The notes under the pieces were generated by a model that was given only the letters and a program-made list of their open reading frames with translations, was not told the origin of the DNA and made no database searches. From Microcoleus sp. (lineage in GTDB: Bacteria; Cyanobacteriota; Cyanobacteriia; Cyanobacteriales; Microcoleaceae): a stretch of 64,000 bases of DNA. How positions within the stretch are numbered: the first letter of the stretch is position 1; every line of letters begins with the position of its first letter. This document shows, one piece after another, positions 18,288 to 28,553 of the stretch. Made by a program: the position numbers and the translations under genes. The stretch is taken from assembly GCA_042408215.1 (NCBI GenBank), contig JAYFMW010000020.1, positions 416,001-480,000 on the forward strand. The letters are read 5' to 3'.

Positions 18288-21071
18288 ATGAAGAGAATCA
18301 TAAAAAACATCAGCAAAGTGTTGCTGGGATTAAGAATCCGCCATTTTTTGATGCTCGATGCAATTTGCTTTGCGATCGCACCCTTATTGGCCCTGGCAAT
18401 TCGTTTAGATGATACATGGAATCTGGCTCCCTATCTCAACAGCTTAGCGGTAGTTACAGTATTATTTGTATCAGTCAAACTTGCAGTATTATATGCCGGT
18501 GGCTTCTACAATCGTTACTGGCAGTATGCGGGTCGGGAAGAAATGACACAAATAGCGATGCTGATAGGTATATCCCTAGCAGTGGAAATTATCTTGTTTC
18601 AACAACTCTACCAGCTAAATAATTCGCCGATCGCCAATCTGCCACGATCGCTGCCACTACTAGACGCTACGATCAGTTTTTTGTTAGTGGTGCCCATTCG
18701 TTTCAGCATTCCAGCCCTGGAAATATGGAACCAAAAACCGTGGAAAGTTCATCGGCGCAATCGCCTCCTGATAGTGGGTGCGGGCAGTGCAGGCACATCT
18801 CTGATGCAAACGATGCTCTTGAGCCCGGAGGTAGGACTCGAGCCAATCGCTTTCATTGACGATGACCCCAGAAAAATCAGCAAGCGGATTCGCAAACTGA
18901 CTGTAGTCGGCAATCGTCATAATATTCCCCAAGTAGTTCGATCGCTAAAGATCGGCAAAGTCATAATAGCCATCCCCTCAGCGCCGGGAAAAGAGATTAG
19001 GGAAATCATAGAAATTTGCCAGTCAATAGGAGTTCCAACCAGCACCCTCCCCGGCCTCAATGAAATCATCAACGGTCGCGTCAGTTTAGGTGGCCTCAGA
19101 GAAGTACAGATTGAGGACTTGCTCCGCCGCGCCCCCATCCAAACCGATACCCAGAAAGTATTGGGATTGATTGGAGGCAAGAAAGTTCTAATTACCGGTG
19201 CGGGCGGCTCCATCGGCAGCGAACTTTGTCGGCAAATATTAAAGTGCGATCCAGCCGAAATCATCATCGTCGGACACGGAGAAAATTCTGTATTCAACAT
19301 TGAACAAGAACTAACAAAAGTCCTGTCAAAACTCAAAAATCTCAGCAAAACCCAAACAGATATTACTCGCCTGACAGCTTCGATCGCCGACATTCGTTTG
19401 CTGGAGCGATTAGAGTACGTTTTTGAAACAGTTAGACCAGACATGATTTTTCATGCGGCCGCTCACAAACACGTACCCATGATGGAATTAAACCCGCCGG
19501 AAGCCATTACTAACAATGTGCGAGGGACGAAAAATCTGCTGGATATGGCATTGAAATACAATGTGGAACATTTTGTGATGATTTCCACCGACAAAGCGGT
19601 GAATCCAACTAGCATTATGGGAGCTAGCAAAAGAGTTGCCGAAATGCTGGTGCTGCAAGCAGCAAAAACAAGCAAAAACCCCTTTGTAGTGGTTCGTTTC
19701 GGTAATGTTCTTGGCAGCCGCGGTAGTGTCGTACCCACTTTCAAGCGACAAATTGCTGAAGGCGGGCCGCTCACAATTACCCATCCAGATATCTGTCGCT
19801 ATTTCATGACAATTCCCGAAGCAGTTCAACTGGTTTTGCAGGCAGCAATCATCGGTGACGGCGGGGAAGTTTTCATGCTTGAGATGGGGAAACCAGTCAG
19901 AATTTTCGATTTAGCAAATGATTTGATTCGGCTCTCAGGATATGAAGTAGGCAAAGACATTGAAATCGCGTTCACAGGGCTGCGGCCTGGAGAAAAATTG
20001 TTTGAAGAACTGTTTATTCCGGGCGAGAAATACAACCGCACTAAACACGAAAAAATTCTGAGTTTAGGTAATGCCAGCCGCATAGTGAAAGAAAATATCG
20101 ATCGGGAAGTAGAAGCTCTTTGTCAAGCGGGCGATCGCAATGATACCAATTTAATTGTCTCAATACTACAGCAGTTAGTGCCTGAGTATGTACCAGTGTA
20201 TTCAACAGCCAATTTGCACGCCAATACAGCCCAAGAAACAACCGCTGTGGCGAAGATTAGCAGTGCAGCATCTGTGCAGTTAGAGAAGGATTTGCGGGGG
20301 GCTCTGGCCAATGAGGAGTTTCGGATTCACTATCAGCCGATCGTCTGTCTGGAAACTAATAAGATTACTGGTTTTGAAGCGCTGTTGCGCTGGCAGCACC
20401 CGACTCGAGGTTTGCTGTGGCCCGACGAATTTCTCGCCGATGCAGAAGAAACGAGTTTGATTGTTCCTATTGGCGAGTGGGTGCTACGACAAGCTTGCAG
20501 CCAGATGAAGATTTGGCAGTCGCAATTTCGTCTTAACTCTCCTTTAACAGTCAGCGTGAATCTGACTAGCAAACAGTTTTTCCAAGCTGACTTAATCGAG
20601 ACGATCGACCAAATATTGAAGGAAACAAATCTCGCTGCTTCTAGTTTGAGGTTAGAAATTCCTGAAGATGTTGTGACGCATGATTGCGAGTTGGCTAGTT
20701 CTGTATTTGTCAAACTTAAAACTTTAGGAGTGCAGGTACAAATTGACCACTGCGGTCTCAGCGATCTATCATTAACTCAGCTCTACCAATTGACGCGGCT
20801 GAAGTATGGTAAATTCGACAGTTTGAAGCTAGATTGCTCTCTAGTGAGCGGCCTGGATACTAGCAACCCCAACTTAGAAATTCTTCAGAAAATTATTGGC
20901 ATAACTCAGGAGTTAGGTATGGGAATGATTGCCACAGGAGTAGAAACGAGTTGGCAAATAGCTCAGCTAAAAACTCTGAAATGCGTCTACGGACAGGGAT
21001 ACTTTTTCTCGGAGCCTGTAGAATGCGCGGCGGTAGGGAAATTGATTGGGGGGATGGCTGTTAATAGTTAA
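18288..21071 (+). CDS. CapD/PglF-type UDP-GlcNAc 4,6-dehydratase fused to a C-terminal degenerate EAL domain
   Basis: Four N-terminal TMs; GAGGSIGSELCRQ, HAAAHKHVP, STDKAVNP, MGASK, RFGNVLGSRGSV and GLRPGEKL; then YQPIV...GFEALLRWQHP...QGYFFSEP. Confidence 0.93.
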   Translation: MKRIIKNISKVLLGLRIRHFLMLDAICFAIAPLLALAIRLDDTWNLAPYLNSLAVVTVLFVSVKLAVLYAGGFYNRYWQYAGREEMTQIAMLIGISLAVEIILFQQLYQLNNSPIANLPRSLPLLDATISFLLVVPIRFSIPALEIWNQKPWKVHRRNRLLIVGAGSAGTSLMQTMLLSPEVGLEPIAFIDDDPRKISKRIRKLTVVGNRHNIPQVVRSLKIGKVIIAIPSAPGKEIREIIEICQSIGVPTSTLPGLNEIINGRVSLGGLREVQIEDLLRRAPIQTDTQKVLGLIGGKKVLITGAGGSIGSELCRQILKCDPAEIIIVGHGENSVFNIEQELTKVLSKLKNLSKTQTDITRLTASIADIRLLERLEYVFETVRPDMIFHAAAHKHVPMMELNPPEAITNNVRGTKNLLDMALKYNVEHFVMISTDKAVNPTSIMGASKRVAEMLVLQAAKTSKNPFVVVRFGNVLGSRGSVVPTFKRQIAEGGPLTITHPDICRYFMTIPEAVQLVLQAAIIGDGGEVFMLEMGKPVRIFDLANDLIRLSGYEVGKDIEIAFTGLRPGEKLFEELFIPGEKYNRTKHEKILSLGNASRIVKENIDREVEALCQAGDRNDTNLIVSILQQLVPEYVPVYSTANLHANTAQETTAVAKISSAASVQLEKDLRGALANEEFRIHYQPIVCLETNKITGFEALLRWQHPTRGLLWPDEFLADAEETSLIVPIGEWVLRQACSQMKIWQSQFRLNSPLTVSVNLTSKQFFQADLIETIDQILKETNLAASSLRLEIPEDVVTHDCELASSVFVKLKTLGVQVQIDHCGLSDLSLTQLYQLTRLKYGKFDSLKLDCSLVSGLDTSNPNLEILQKIIGITQELGMGMIATGVETSWQIAQLKTLKCVYGQGYFFSEPVECAAVGKLIGGMAVNS

Positions 21072-21151
21072 TGGGGCATTTGTTAATAATTTTGAGATTT
21101 GAAATACAGGATTTTGAATTAACCAATTAGCAAGCAGGAAATTAGCTACTA

Positions 21152-22459
21152 ATGCAACAGTTGAAACCACTAACATTACGCCGTAATTTTTCTTGGACTT
21201 TCACTGGGAACCTAGTTTATGCAGCATCCCAGTGGGGGATGTTGGTGCTGCTGGCTAAATTGGGTTCTCCTGAAATGGTGGGTCAATTTACCTTGGGTTT
21301 AGCGGTGACAGCACCTGTGATCATGTTTACTAATCTGCAACTGCGAGGGATCCAAGCGACGGATGCGAAAGGGGACTATGTTTTCAGTGATTATCTGGGT
21401 CTGAGGTTAATTGGAACTGGGTTAGCACTGTTGATCATTGCGGGAATTACGCTCAAAGCAGGATATCGGTGGGAGACATCGCTGGTGATTTTGGTTATTG
21501 GCTTTTCCAAAGGAATTGAGTCAATCAGCGACGTATTTTACGGATTAATTCAGCAGCACGAACGGATGGATCGCATCGCCATTTCGATGATGATTAAAGG
21601 CCCCCTATCACTTTTACTATTAGGTATTGGAGTCTACCTCACCAGGACTGTGTTGTGGGGAAGCATCGGATTAGCGGTTGCTTGGGCGATCGTCTTACTT
21701 AGTTACGACATTCGCAGTGGTGCTTTGATGCTAAGGACTAGCCCTTGGGGAACAGGTGAGCCGAAAAGCAGTAGCACTTCCCAAAATCCGTTACACCCCC
21801 ACTGGCACCTCAAAACCTTGGGCCAACTCACTTGGCTGACTCTGCCTTTGGGTTTGGTGATGATGTTGATTTCCTTGAACAGCAATATCCCACGATATTT
21901 TATCGAATCCTATTTGGGGGAACGAGAACTGGGCATTTTTGCCGCACTGGCCTACCTAATGGTAGCCGGGAACATAGTGATCGGTGCCTTAGGGCTGTCA
22001 GCCAGTCCCCGATTAGCGAAATATTATGCCGCGGGAAATAGCACTGCTTTCCGCACGCTGGCGATCAAGTTAGTGGGGATGGGTGCAGCAATCGGTGTAC
22101 TGGCTGTTTTGGTCGCACTGGTTGCAGGTCGGGAACTATTGACTATTGTCTATCGGCCTGAGTATGCCCAGCATAAAGATTTGTTTGTTCTGGTGATGGT
22201 GGCGGCTGCGATCGGTTATGTAGCTTCTTTTTTAGGTTATGGAATCACGGCTGCTAGGTATTTCCTGATTCAAATTCCTTTGTTTACTGCGGTTACGGGT
22301 ACGTCTGCGATCGCAAGTCTCTGGTTAATTCCCTCTCTGGGATTGCAAGGGGCGGCACTAGCACTGATTCTGGCAGCTATTGTCCAAACAGTTTTTAGTT
22401 TGGGGGTGATCTTTCATGCACTGCATAAAATTCCCAAATCTGGGGAAATGGAAATTTAA
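21152..22459 (+). CDS. wzx: Wzx-type oligosaccharide flippase
   Basis: About 12 hydrophobic segments; LRRNFSWT...YAASQW N-terminus; EPS locus context. Confidence 0.85.
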   Translation: MQQLKPLTLRRNFSWTFTGNLVYAASQWGMLVLLAKLGSPEMVGQFTLGLAVTAPVIMFTNLQLRGIQATDAKGDYVFSDYLGLRLIGTGLALLIIAGITLKAGYRWETSLVILVIGFSKGIESISDVFYGLIQQHERMDRIAISMMIKGPLSLLLLGIGVYLTRTVLWGSIGLAVAWAIVLLSYDIRSGALMLRTSPWGTGEPKSSSTSQNPLHPHWHLKTLGQLTWLTLPLGLVMMLISLNSNIPRYFIESYLGERELGIFAALAYLMVAGNIVIGALGLSASPRLAKYYAAGNSTAFRTLAIKLVGMGAAIGVLAVLVALVAGRELLTIVYRPEYAQHKDLFVLVMVAAAIGYVASFLGYGITAARYFLIQIPLFTAVTGTSAIASLWLIPSLGLQGAALALILAAIVQTVFSLGVIFHALHKIPKSGEMEI

Positions 22460-24353
22460 TTGGTTGCATTTGGCACTGGTTTGTTTAGCAACGATCCTGA
22501 CTGTAACTCTTAACACGGTATCTATGAACAGCACAATATCGTCGGGTGAAAACTTAGTTGAACTTGAACCAAAGTCAGCTTCATCGACAGAAAGCCGTAC
22601 TTATTCAGTCACCGTCAACGGTCAACCTGTATCGGTGCAAAAATATAACTCGTTGAGTTATGTCCAATTCGCTTTTGCTGGGAAAGCTGATATTGAAATT
22701 ACGGCTGATGAAGCGAGCGAAAAATATACCCTTAGTCCTAAAAGCTACGACATCCCAACGAGCCGGAACGATCGCAAAATTTCTTTTTCGCTAACCGTCC
22801 CCAGAAAGCTGATTCTTCATCAAGTCAATTCCTTGGATGAAAAATTATTTATTATTGCCGAACCGCTAGAAGAAAACATTCCCACGCTGGGAGCGGCCAA
22901 TGTGACAAACATCTTAAATTACGGAGTAGATTATACAGGAAAACAAGAGGCAACGGCACTAATTCAACAAGCCATTGATGAAGTTTCAGCCCAAAAAGGT
23001 GTTCTTTATTTCCCTGCTGGGGTATACACAACCAGACAACTCAACCTGAAAAGCAATCTCACTTTGTATTTGGCTCCAGGAGCCGTCCTTGAAGCCACGA
23101 AAGAAATTTATCCTTCCTATGGGCGCGGTTTAATCCAGATTGAAAACGCCGAGAATGTCAAAATTATGGGGCGCGGAGTCATCAATGGCAATGGGACTTA
23201 TTGGCGACCGAGAGGGGGATGGTACAGTTTAATCTTGTTGAAGAATGCGAAGAATGTTCTCTTACAAGACACTCTTCTCAAAGATCCAGCAGTTGCCAAT
23301 GTTTGGATGTCTTATTCAGAAAATGTCAATGTTTACAATCTCAAGATTTTAGCCGATCCGCAGCCGGAATTTCTCAATACAGATGGCTTTGATTTCTGGT
23401 CTTCCAGAAACATCACGATCGATAACGTTCTCTACAAAGGAACTGATGATGCTACTTCCCACGGTGGCGATAAGAAAGGAGCGATTCAAAACAATGAAAA
23501 TATCAATGTTATAAATTCCGTATTTTACGGTGGCAATGGGTTCAAGTTAGCTTCAACGGAAAAACCAAATTTTATCCGCAATGTAACCTATGAAAATATC
23601 GATGTTGTGTTTGCCAATGAATTATCAGGATTCTGGCCGATTGCGGGAGGATATTTTGAATATATTTACTTGAAAAATATTCGGATAGAAGATATTCTTG
23701 ATAGCCCCCAAGAGGATAAATCAGCCCGTCTATTTAGCTGGCAAATTCGGACAGGTTCGTGGCGACCTGATTCGCAACCAGATAAATTTGGCTACATCAG
23801 AAACGTCTATGTTCAAAACATGAAAGTAGACGATAATGGTGGCAGTAATTCAGTTTTTCAAGGCTACGATGCGGAACGCAACATCAACAATATCAATTTT
23901 GAAAACCTTTCGATTGAAGGAAAGCCAATCACAAATTCCCAGGATGCATCCTTCGATGTTTTACCCAGTGAGAAGGATGGAAATAAATATGTCAACTTAA
24001 ATTTCACTCAAAGCGATCCCACAATTGTCAACATAGCCGCAACAAATATGTATGCCTCTGAATCTGGGGATGTTGGAGAGTTTCTCATCACTCGCACGGG
24101 CAATTTAAGTCAAGCATTAACGGTGAATTACACCATCCGAGGAACAGCCGAAAATGGGGTAGATTACCAAACTATTCCTAACTCCGTGACGATTCCTGTT
24201 GGCGCAAGTACGGGTGCGATCGCAATTCAACCCAAACTCGACAGTCAACCAGAGGGACTCGAAACCGTTTTTCTCTCCTTGCAAAACCTGCCAAACAGCA
24301 CTGCATATATGCTTGGTCCGAATTTCCAAGCTGTGGTGAATATTCGTGATTGA
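22416..24353 (+). CDS. Secreted beta-helix glycoside hydrolase (GH28/pectate-lyase-3-like) with a Calx-beta-like C-terminal domain
   Basis: IQQAID..GVLYFPAGVY, NTDGFD and GTDDA motifs; C-terminal TRTGNLSQALTVNY..GTAENGVDY..VTIP..EGLETV; hydrophobic signal-like N-terminus. Start uncertain. Confidence 0.75.
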   Translation: MHCIKFPNLGKWKFNWLHLALVCLATILTVTLNTVSMNSTISSGENLVELEPKSASSTESRTYSVTVNGQPVSVQKYNSLSYVQFAFAGKADIEITADEASEKYTLSPKSYDIPTSRNDRKISFSLTVPRKLILHQVNSLDEKLFIIAEPLEENIPTLGAANVTNILNYGVDYTGKQEATALIQQAIDEVSAQKGVLYFPAGVYTTRQLNLKSNLTLYLAPGAVLEATKEIYPSYGRGLIQIENAENVKIMGRGVINGNGTYWRPRGGWYSLILLKNAKNVLLQDTLLKDPAVANVWMSYSENVNVYNLKILADPQPEFLNTDGFDFWSSRNITIDNVLYKGTDDATSHGGDKKGAIQNNENINVINSVFYGGNGFKLASTEKPNFIRNVTYENIDVVFANELSGFWPIAGGYFEYIYLKNIRIEDILDSPQEDKSARLFSWQIRTGSWRPDSQPDKFGYIRNVYVQNMKVDDNGGSNSVFQGYDAERNINNINFENLSIEGKPITNSQDASFDVLPSEKDGNKYVNLNFTQSDPTIVNIAATNMYASESGDVGEFLITRTGNLSQALTVNYTIRGTAENGVDYQTIPNSVTIPVGASTGAIAIQPKLDSQPEGLETVFLSLQNLPNSTAYMLGPNFQAVVNIRD

Positions 24354-24377
24354 TGAAGTTAGAGGAACTGAAAAAAG

Positions 24378-25634
24378 ATGTATTTCACAGACTCGACAGC
24401 TAGATCAAAACCGCATCTGCAAAGCACATTAGGCGATCGTCCCATTCGCATTCTGCACGTTGTCGGCAGCATGGTGCGGGGTGGAATTGAAACTTGGTTG
24501 ATGCACGTTTTGCGACATATCGATCGCGATCGCTTCCTGATGGACTTCCTGGTTCTCACGACTAAACCGGGCGATTACGATGAAGAGATTCGCGCCCTGG
24601 GTAGTCAAATTATCCCCTGTCCGCTGCATCGCGGGAATCCTTGGAGTTATGCTGTCAACTTCAAGGGAATCTTGCGCGAGTATGGCCCCTATGACATCGT
24701 TCACAGCCACCCCCATCACTTCAGCGGCTATGTTCTGCGCTTGGCAAAGCAGGCTGGTGTACCCGTCCGCATTGCCCACAGCCATAATGATAGCTCTCTC
24801 CTCCAGGCTAAAGCGGAATTGTATCGGCGCTTGTATTTCACTGTGACGAAACATTGGATCGATCGTTATGCCACCCTTGGTTTGGGATGCAGTCACCCAG
24901 CAGTTGCAGCTTTGTTCGGTGCCAACTGGGAACGCGATCCTCGTTGGCAGGTATTTTACTACGGTATTGACCTGACAGCTTTTCGAGATGCGATCGAAAA
25001 AGTTGCAGTTCGCGCCGAGTTGGGTATTCCAGAGGATGCTTTCGTGATTGGTCATGTCGGCAGATTTGCTCAACAAAAAAATCACCTGTTTCTCTTAAAG
25101 ATTGTCGCAGAAGTAGCCAAACGAGAACCAAAAACATACCTCTTACTCATAGGAGATGGTGTACTTCGTCCCCAAATAGAGCAAGAAGTTGCACAGTTGA
25201 GTTTAGCTGACCGAACGATCTTTGCGGGTGTCAGGTCTGATGTAGCCCGACTGATGCAAGGTGCAATGGATGTCTTCCTCTTTCCCTCCTTCTACGAAGG
25301 GCTGCCCCTAGTCTCGCTGGAAGCACAAGCGGCAGGGCTACCCTGTCTATTTTCAGATGCGATTACGGAAGAAGTAGATGCGGTCAAACCCTTGATGCAG
25401 CGGCTATCCCTTTCTCAACCAACCTCTGTCTGGGCGGATGCAGTGTTAGCTAGGTTTCGTGATGCGTCAGTCATTAAGCAATCTGAAGCTATGAGCGTTA
25501 TTGAGCAGAGTCCCTTCAACATCGAAAAAGGAATTGAAACTCTGGCGAAACTCTATAGCTTCAACGTCAGCAAGTCTTACCAGGTGTGCTACCCAAATTC
25601 ACAGATAAATCGACCTGGAGAAGTAAATGAGTAA
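24378..25634 (+). CDS. Glycosyltransferase family 4 (EpsF-like)
   Basis: ILHVVGSMVRGGIETWLM, RIAHSH and PSFYEGLPLVSLEAQAAG motifs. Confidence 0.9.
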   Translation: MYFTDSTARSKPHLQSTLGDRPIRILHVVGSMVRGGIETWLMHVLRHIDRDRFLMDFLVLTTKPGDYDEEIRALGSQIIPCPLHRGNPWSYAVNFKGILREYGPYDIVHSHPHHFSGYVLRLAKQAGVPVRIAHSHNDSSLLQAKAELYRRLYFTVTKHWIDRYATLGLGCSHPAVAALFGANWERDPRWQVFYYGIDLTAFRDAIEKVAVRAELGIPEDAFVIGHVGRFAQQKNHLFLLKIVAEVAKREPKTYLLLIGDGVLRPQIEQEVAQLSLADRTIFAGVRSDVARLMQGAMDVFLFPSFYEGLPLVSLEAQAAGLPCLFSDAITEEVDAVKPLMQRLSLSQPTSVWADAVLARFRDASVIKQSEAMSVIEQSPFNIEKGIETLAKLYSFNVSKSYQVCYPNSQINRPGEVNE

Positions 25635-27009
25635 CTGGAAAGTCACCAAAATTGAACTCAACACCAGAATTAAAAGTGTAGCAGGATTGCCAAATCGTTC
25701 CCTGGTACGAAATGCGTGGCAGATGTCTACTGATGAATTCTGGAATTACCAAGCAACTGCTTTTAAATCCCTCTACGAATTGGCCAAAAACCGAGTCCCG
25801 TTTTATCAAAAGAATCTAAATGATTATCCTTTGCTTTCTTCTGGAGAGGACAATGTTTTAGAAATTCTTTCTCAGTTTCCGGTTCTCTTGAAACAAACGC
25901 TCCGAGCCAAAAATTCTGATTTTTGGCCTTCTCCACTGTTACCATTAACAATGTTTCACGCGACTAGCGGAACGAGTGGTACTCCGCTTCGCTTGTCTGA
26001 AACTCTTTGGGAAAAAGGATTTTTTCAAGCCATTAATGAAGAATTGTTTATTCGCATTTGCGGAACTCGCTATCCGCGATCGCTTTATCTGACTGGATTT
26101 ATGACTCCTTCACATAATAGTGAAGAGTTATTCTGGCGCGATCGCTTATTTGGCAATGTGGCTTTGTCTATTTACTCATTAAACTCCCGCAATCGCGACG
26201 GAATCATTCAGTTAATTAACAACCTGAAACCACAACTAATCTGGGGCTATGCTTCAGCAGTTCACCAGTTAGCCATTCTTTTAGGCGATCGCACCTTGCT
26301 ATCAAAAGATCAATGCGTGGCTGTTGTCACTTCCGAAACCCTGCAACCTGATTGGCGTGCTGATATCGAAAATGTAATTTGCCGGAAACTGTTTAACTAT
26401 TACTCTTCACAAGAAGGCTGTCACTTAGCTGTGGAGTGTCCAGAAGGACAAATGCACATCAACCCGCTAATGGGCGTTGTCGAGATCCTAGACGAATACG
26501 ATCGACCCGTGAAAAAAGGCGAGTTAGGAAGAGTTGTAGTCACTGGACTGCTGCGAAAAAGTATGCCTTTGATTCGTTACGAACTAGGAGATGCTGCCAG
26601 ATCAACAGGTTATGCCTCAGACTGTTCTTGTGGGCTGAAATGGCCGATTATTGCCCAAATCGAGGGAAGGTTAGAGAACCTTGTGAAAACGAGGGATGGG
26701 CGCAGGATTGGAATGCTGGGTTACAGTGTTCTTAAAGACCTTCCTGGTGTCAAAGAAAGTCAGATCGTCCAGGTAGGTTACGAAAAATTTATCTGTAACA
26801 TTGTCAAAATTGAAGCATATTCAGTTGAAACCGAGTATTTAGAAAAGTTAATTCGTGACCAGCTAATCAAGCGTTTGCAGACCAACGTGCAGATAGAATT
26901 TAGGTATCTTTCCTCCATTCCTCGCAGAGGTTCGAGAGCTAAGTTTAGTGCTGTCGTTGTCGATTTTGAAGATAAAGATATTCCAAATCATCGCGAGGCT
27001 ATTGTATGA
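25627..27009 (+). CDS. CapK / phenylacetate-CoA-ligase-like adenylate-forming protein
   Basis: TSGTSGTP, YSSQEG, MPLIRYELGD and IEGR motifs. Confidence 0.85.
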   Translation: MSNWKVTKIELNTRIKSVAGLPNRSLVRNAWQMSTDEFWNYQATAFKSLYELAKNRVPFYQKNLNDYPLLSSGEDNVLEILSQFPVLLKQTLRAKNSDFWPSPLLPLTMFHATSGTSGTPLRLSETLWEKGFFQAINEELFIRICGTRYPRSLYLTGFMTPSHNSEELFWRDRLFGNVALSIYSLNSRNRDGIIQLINNLKPQLIWGYASAVHQLAILLGDRTLLSKDQCVAVVTSETLQPDWRADIENVICRKLFNYYSSQEGCHLAVECPEGQMHINPLMGVVEILDEYDRPVKKGELGRVVVTGLLRKSMPLIRYELGDAARSTGYASDCSCGLKWPIIAQIEGRLENLVKTRDGRRIGMLGYSVLKDLPGVKESQIVQVGYEKFICNIVKIEAYSVETEYLEKLIRDQLIKRLQTNVQIEFRYLSSIPRRGSRAKFSAVVVDFEDKDIPNHREAIV

Positions 27010-28553
27010 CCCAGAATACTTTACGCATCAAAACTGCATACAAGGATAGCGCGATCGTTTCTTTTTTCCTCAGCCTCCTGATAGTTGTGGGTTTTATCCA
27101 AACCTCAGACCAGTTTTTCCACTGGTTTTTGTTCCCCGTCACCCTATGCGGAATTATCATGGGAATTGATGCGGTTGATTGGTTTCGCGGTCGCTTAGGC
27201 ATCTTCGATCCCGTTGGTATTATCGGCTTATTAGGTTTTCATTTCTTCTTTTTAGCACCTCTGTGCCACGTCAGTTGGGATTATTGGATGGGAGGAGATG
27301 CCATACCGCCTCCCGACTGGCGACCTTGGATTGGCTGGATGGCGATTCTGAATTTTTTCGGTCTTTGGATATATCGCTTTTCCAGAAATCTTGCCGCTCA
27401 TTCAACTGAAAATCCCGCCAAACAAACAGTTTGGCAACTCAACCGACGGCGTTTTATCCCGATTCTTTGCTTCGCCCTGATGTTTTCTGCTGTCTTACAG
27501 CTATTGGTTTACCAAAAGTTTGGCGGAATAAGTAACTACATTGAAGCGGCGACAAGAGAAGCTAACAGGGAAGGAGAAGGTGAATTTGCGGGATCGGGCA
27601 TAATCTTCTTGTTTTCAGAGAGCTTCCCGATTTTGGCAATGATGGGTTTCGCGGCCTATGCCCAAAAAAATCAAAAAATGCGAAGTTGGACTGTATTAGT
27701 GATAGTTTTGCTGGTCTTCCTAGTTCTGCAAATGCTTTTTGGCGGTCTGCGCGGTAGTCGGAGTAACACGATCTGGGCTTTGTTTTGGGCCGCGGGTATT
27801 ATTCATTTTTGGATTCGCAAAATTACTAAGAAAGAAATCGCGATCGGTTTAGTATTTATGGTTATTTTTATGTACATTTATGGTTTTTTTAAGACCGGAG
27901 GTTTAGAAGGTTTGAGTAAAGCTTTAGAAGGACAGGAAGAGCGTGCTAGTTTGGAAAAAAAGTCGGGTCGCTCTTGGCAAGGCTTAGTCCTCCAAGACTT
28001 GGGAAGAAGTGACATTCAGGCTTTCTTGCTCTACCGATTAATGCAACCTAATAGCGACTACAAATACGCCTTGGGCAGAACCTATTATGCAGCATTATCT
28101 ATGCTAATACCAAGTGCTTTTTGGCCTGTTAAACCACCGGACAAGATTAAGGCAGGGACAGAGGCACAATACGGCATGGGAAGTTATCATCCTCAGCTTT
28201 GGGCATCTTCAAAAGTTTATGGTTTAGCTGGTGAAACTATGCTCAACTTCGGGCCAACGGTAATTCCGTTTGCTTTTATTTTTATTGGCGTTGTTGTCGG
28301 GAATGTTCGACGTTTCCTCTTCACTTGGCAAGCTGATGATATCCGATTAATTTTGTTGCCGTTTTTGGTAAATTACTGTTTTGTAATTCTGGTAGGCGAC
28401 CTGGATAATCAGATATTTTTCCTGACAAAAAATGGAGGTTTTCCTTTTATAGTATTGGTGCTAAGTTCGGAAAAGTTCACTATCAGTTATTCCCAAAAAG
28501 ATAGATTATCATCTACTGATTCTGCAAAAACAATGAGGATTAAAGGAAAGTGA
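27006..28553 (+). CDS. Polytopic membrane protein, putative Wzy polymerase
   Basis: More than 10 hydrophobic segments, GSR motif and a large loop; lies in a Wzx/Wzc locus. Confidence 0.65.
   Translation: MTQNTLRIKTAYKDSAIVSFFLSLLIVVGFIQTSDQFFHWFLFPVTLCGIIMGIDAVDWFRGRLGIFDPVGIIGLLGFHFFFLAPLCHVSWDYWMGGDAIPPPDWRPWIGWMAILNFFGLWIYRFSRNLAAHSTENPAKQTVWQLNRRRFIPILCFALMFSAVLQLLVYQKFGGISNYIEAATREANREGEGEFAGSGIIFLFSESFPILAMMGFAAYAQKNQKMRSWTVLVIVLLVFLVLQMLFGGLRGSRSNTIWALFWAAGIIHFWIRKITKKEIAIGLVFMVIFMYIYGFFKTGGLEGLSKALEGQEERASLEKKSGRSWQGLVLQDLGRSDIQAFLLYRLMQPNSDYKYALGRTYYAALSMLIPSAFWPVKPPDKIKAGTEAQYGMGSYHPQLWASSKVYGLAGETMLNFGPTVIPFAFIFIGVVVGNVRRFLFTWQADDIRLILLPFLVNYCFVILVGDLDNQIFFLTKNGGFPFIVLVLSSEKFTISYSQKDRLSSTDSAKTMRIKGK

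Noticed and set aside
24429..25085. 218-aa minus-strand ORF
   Set aside because: Antisense shadow of a glycosyltransferase gene
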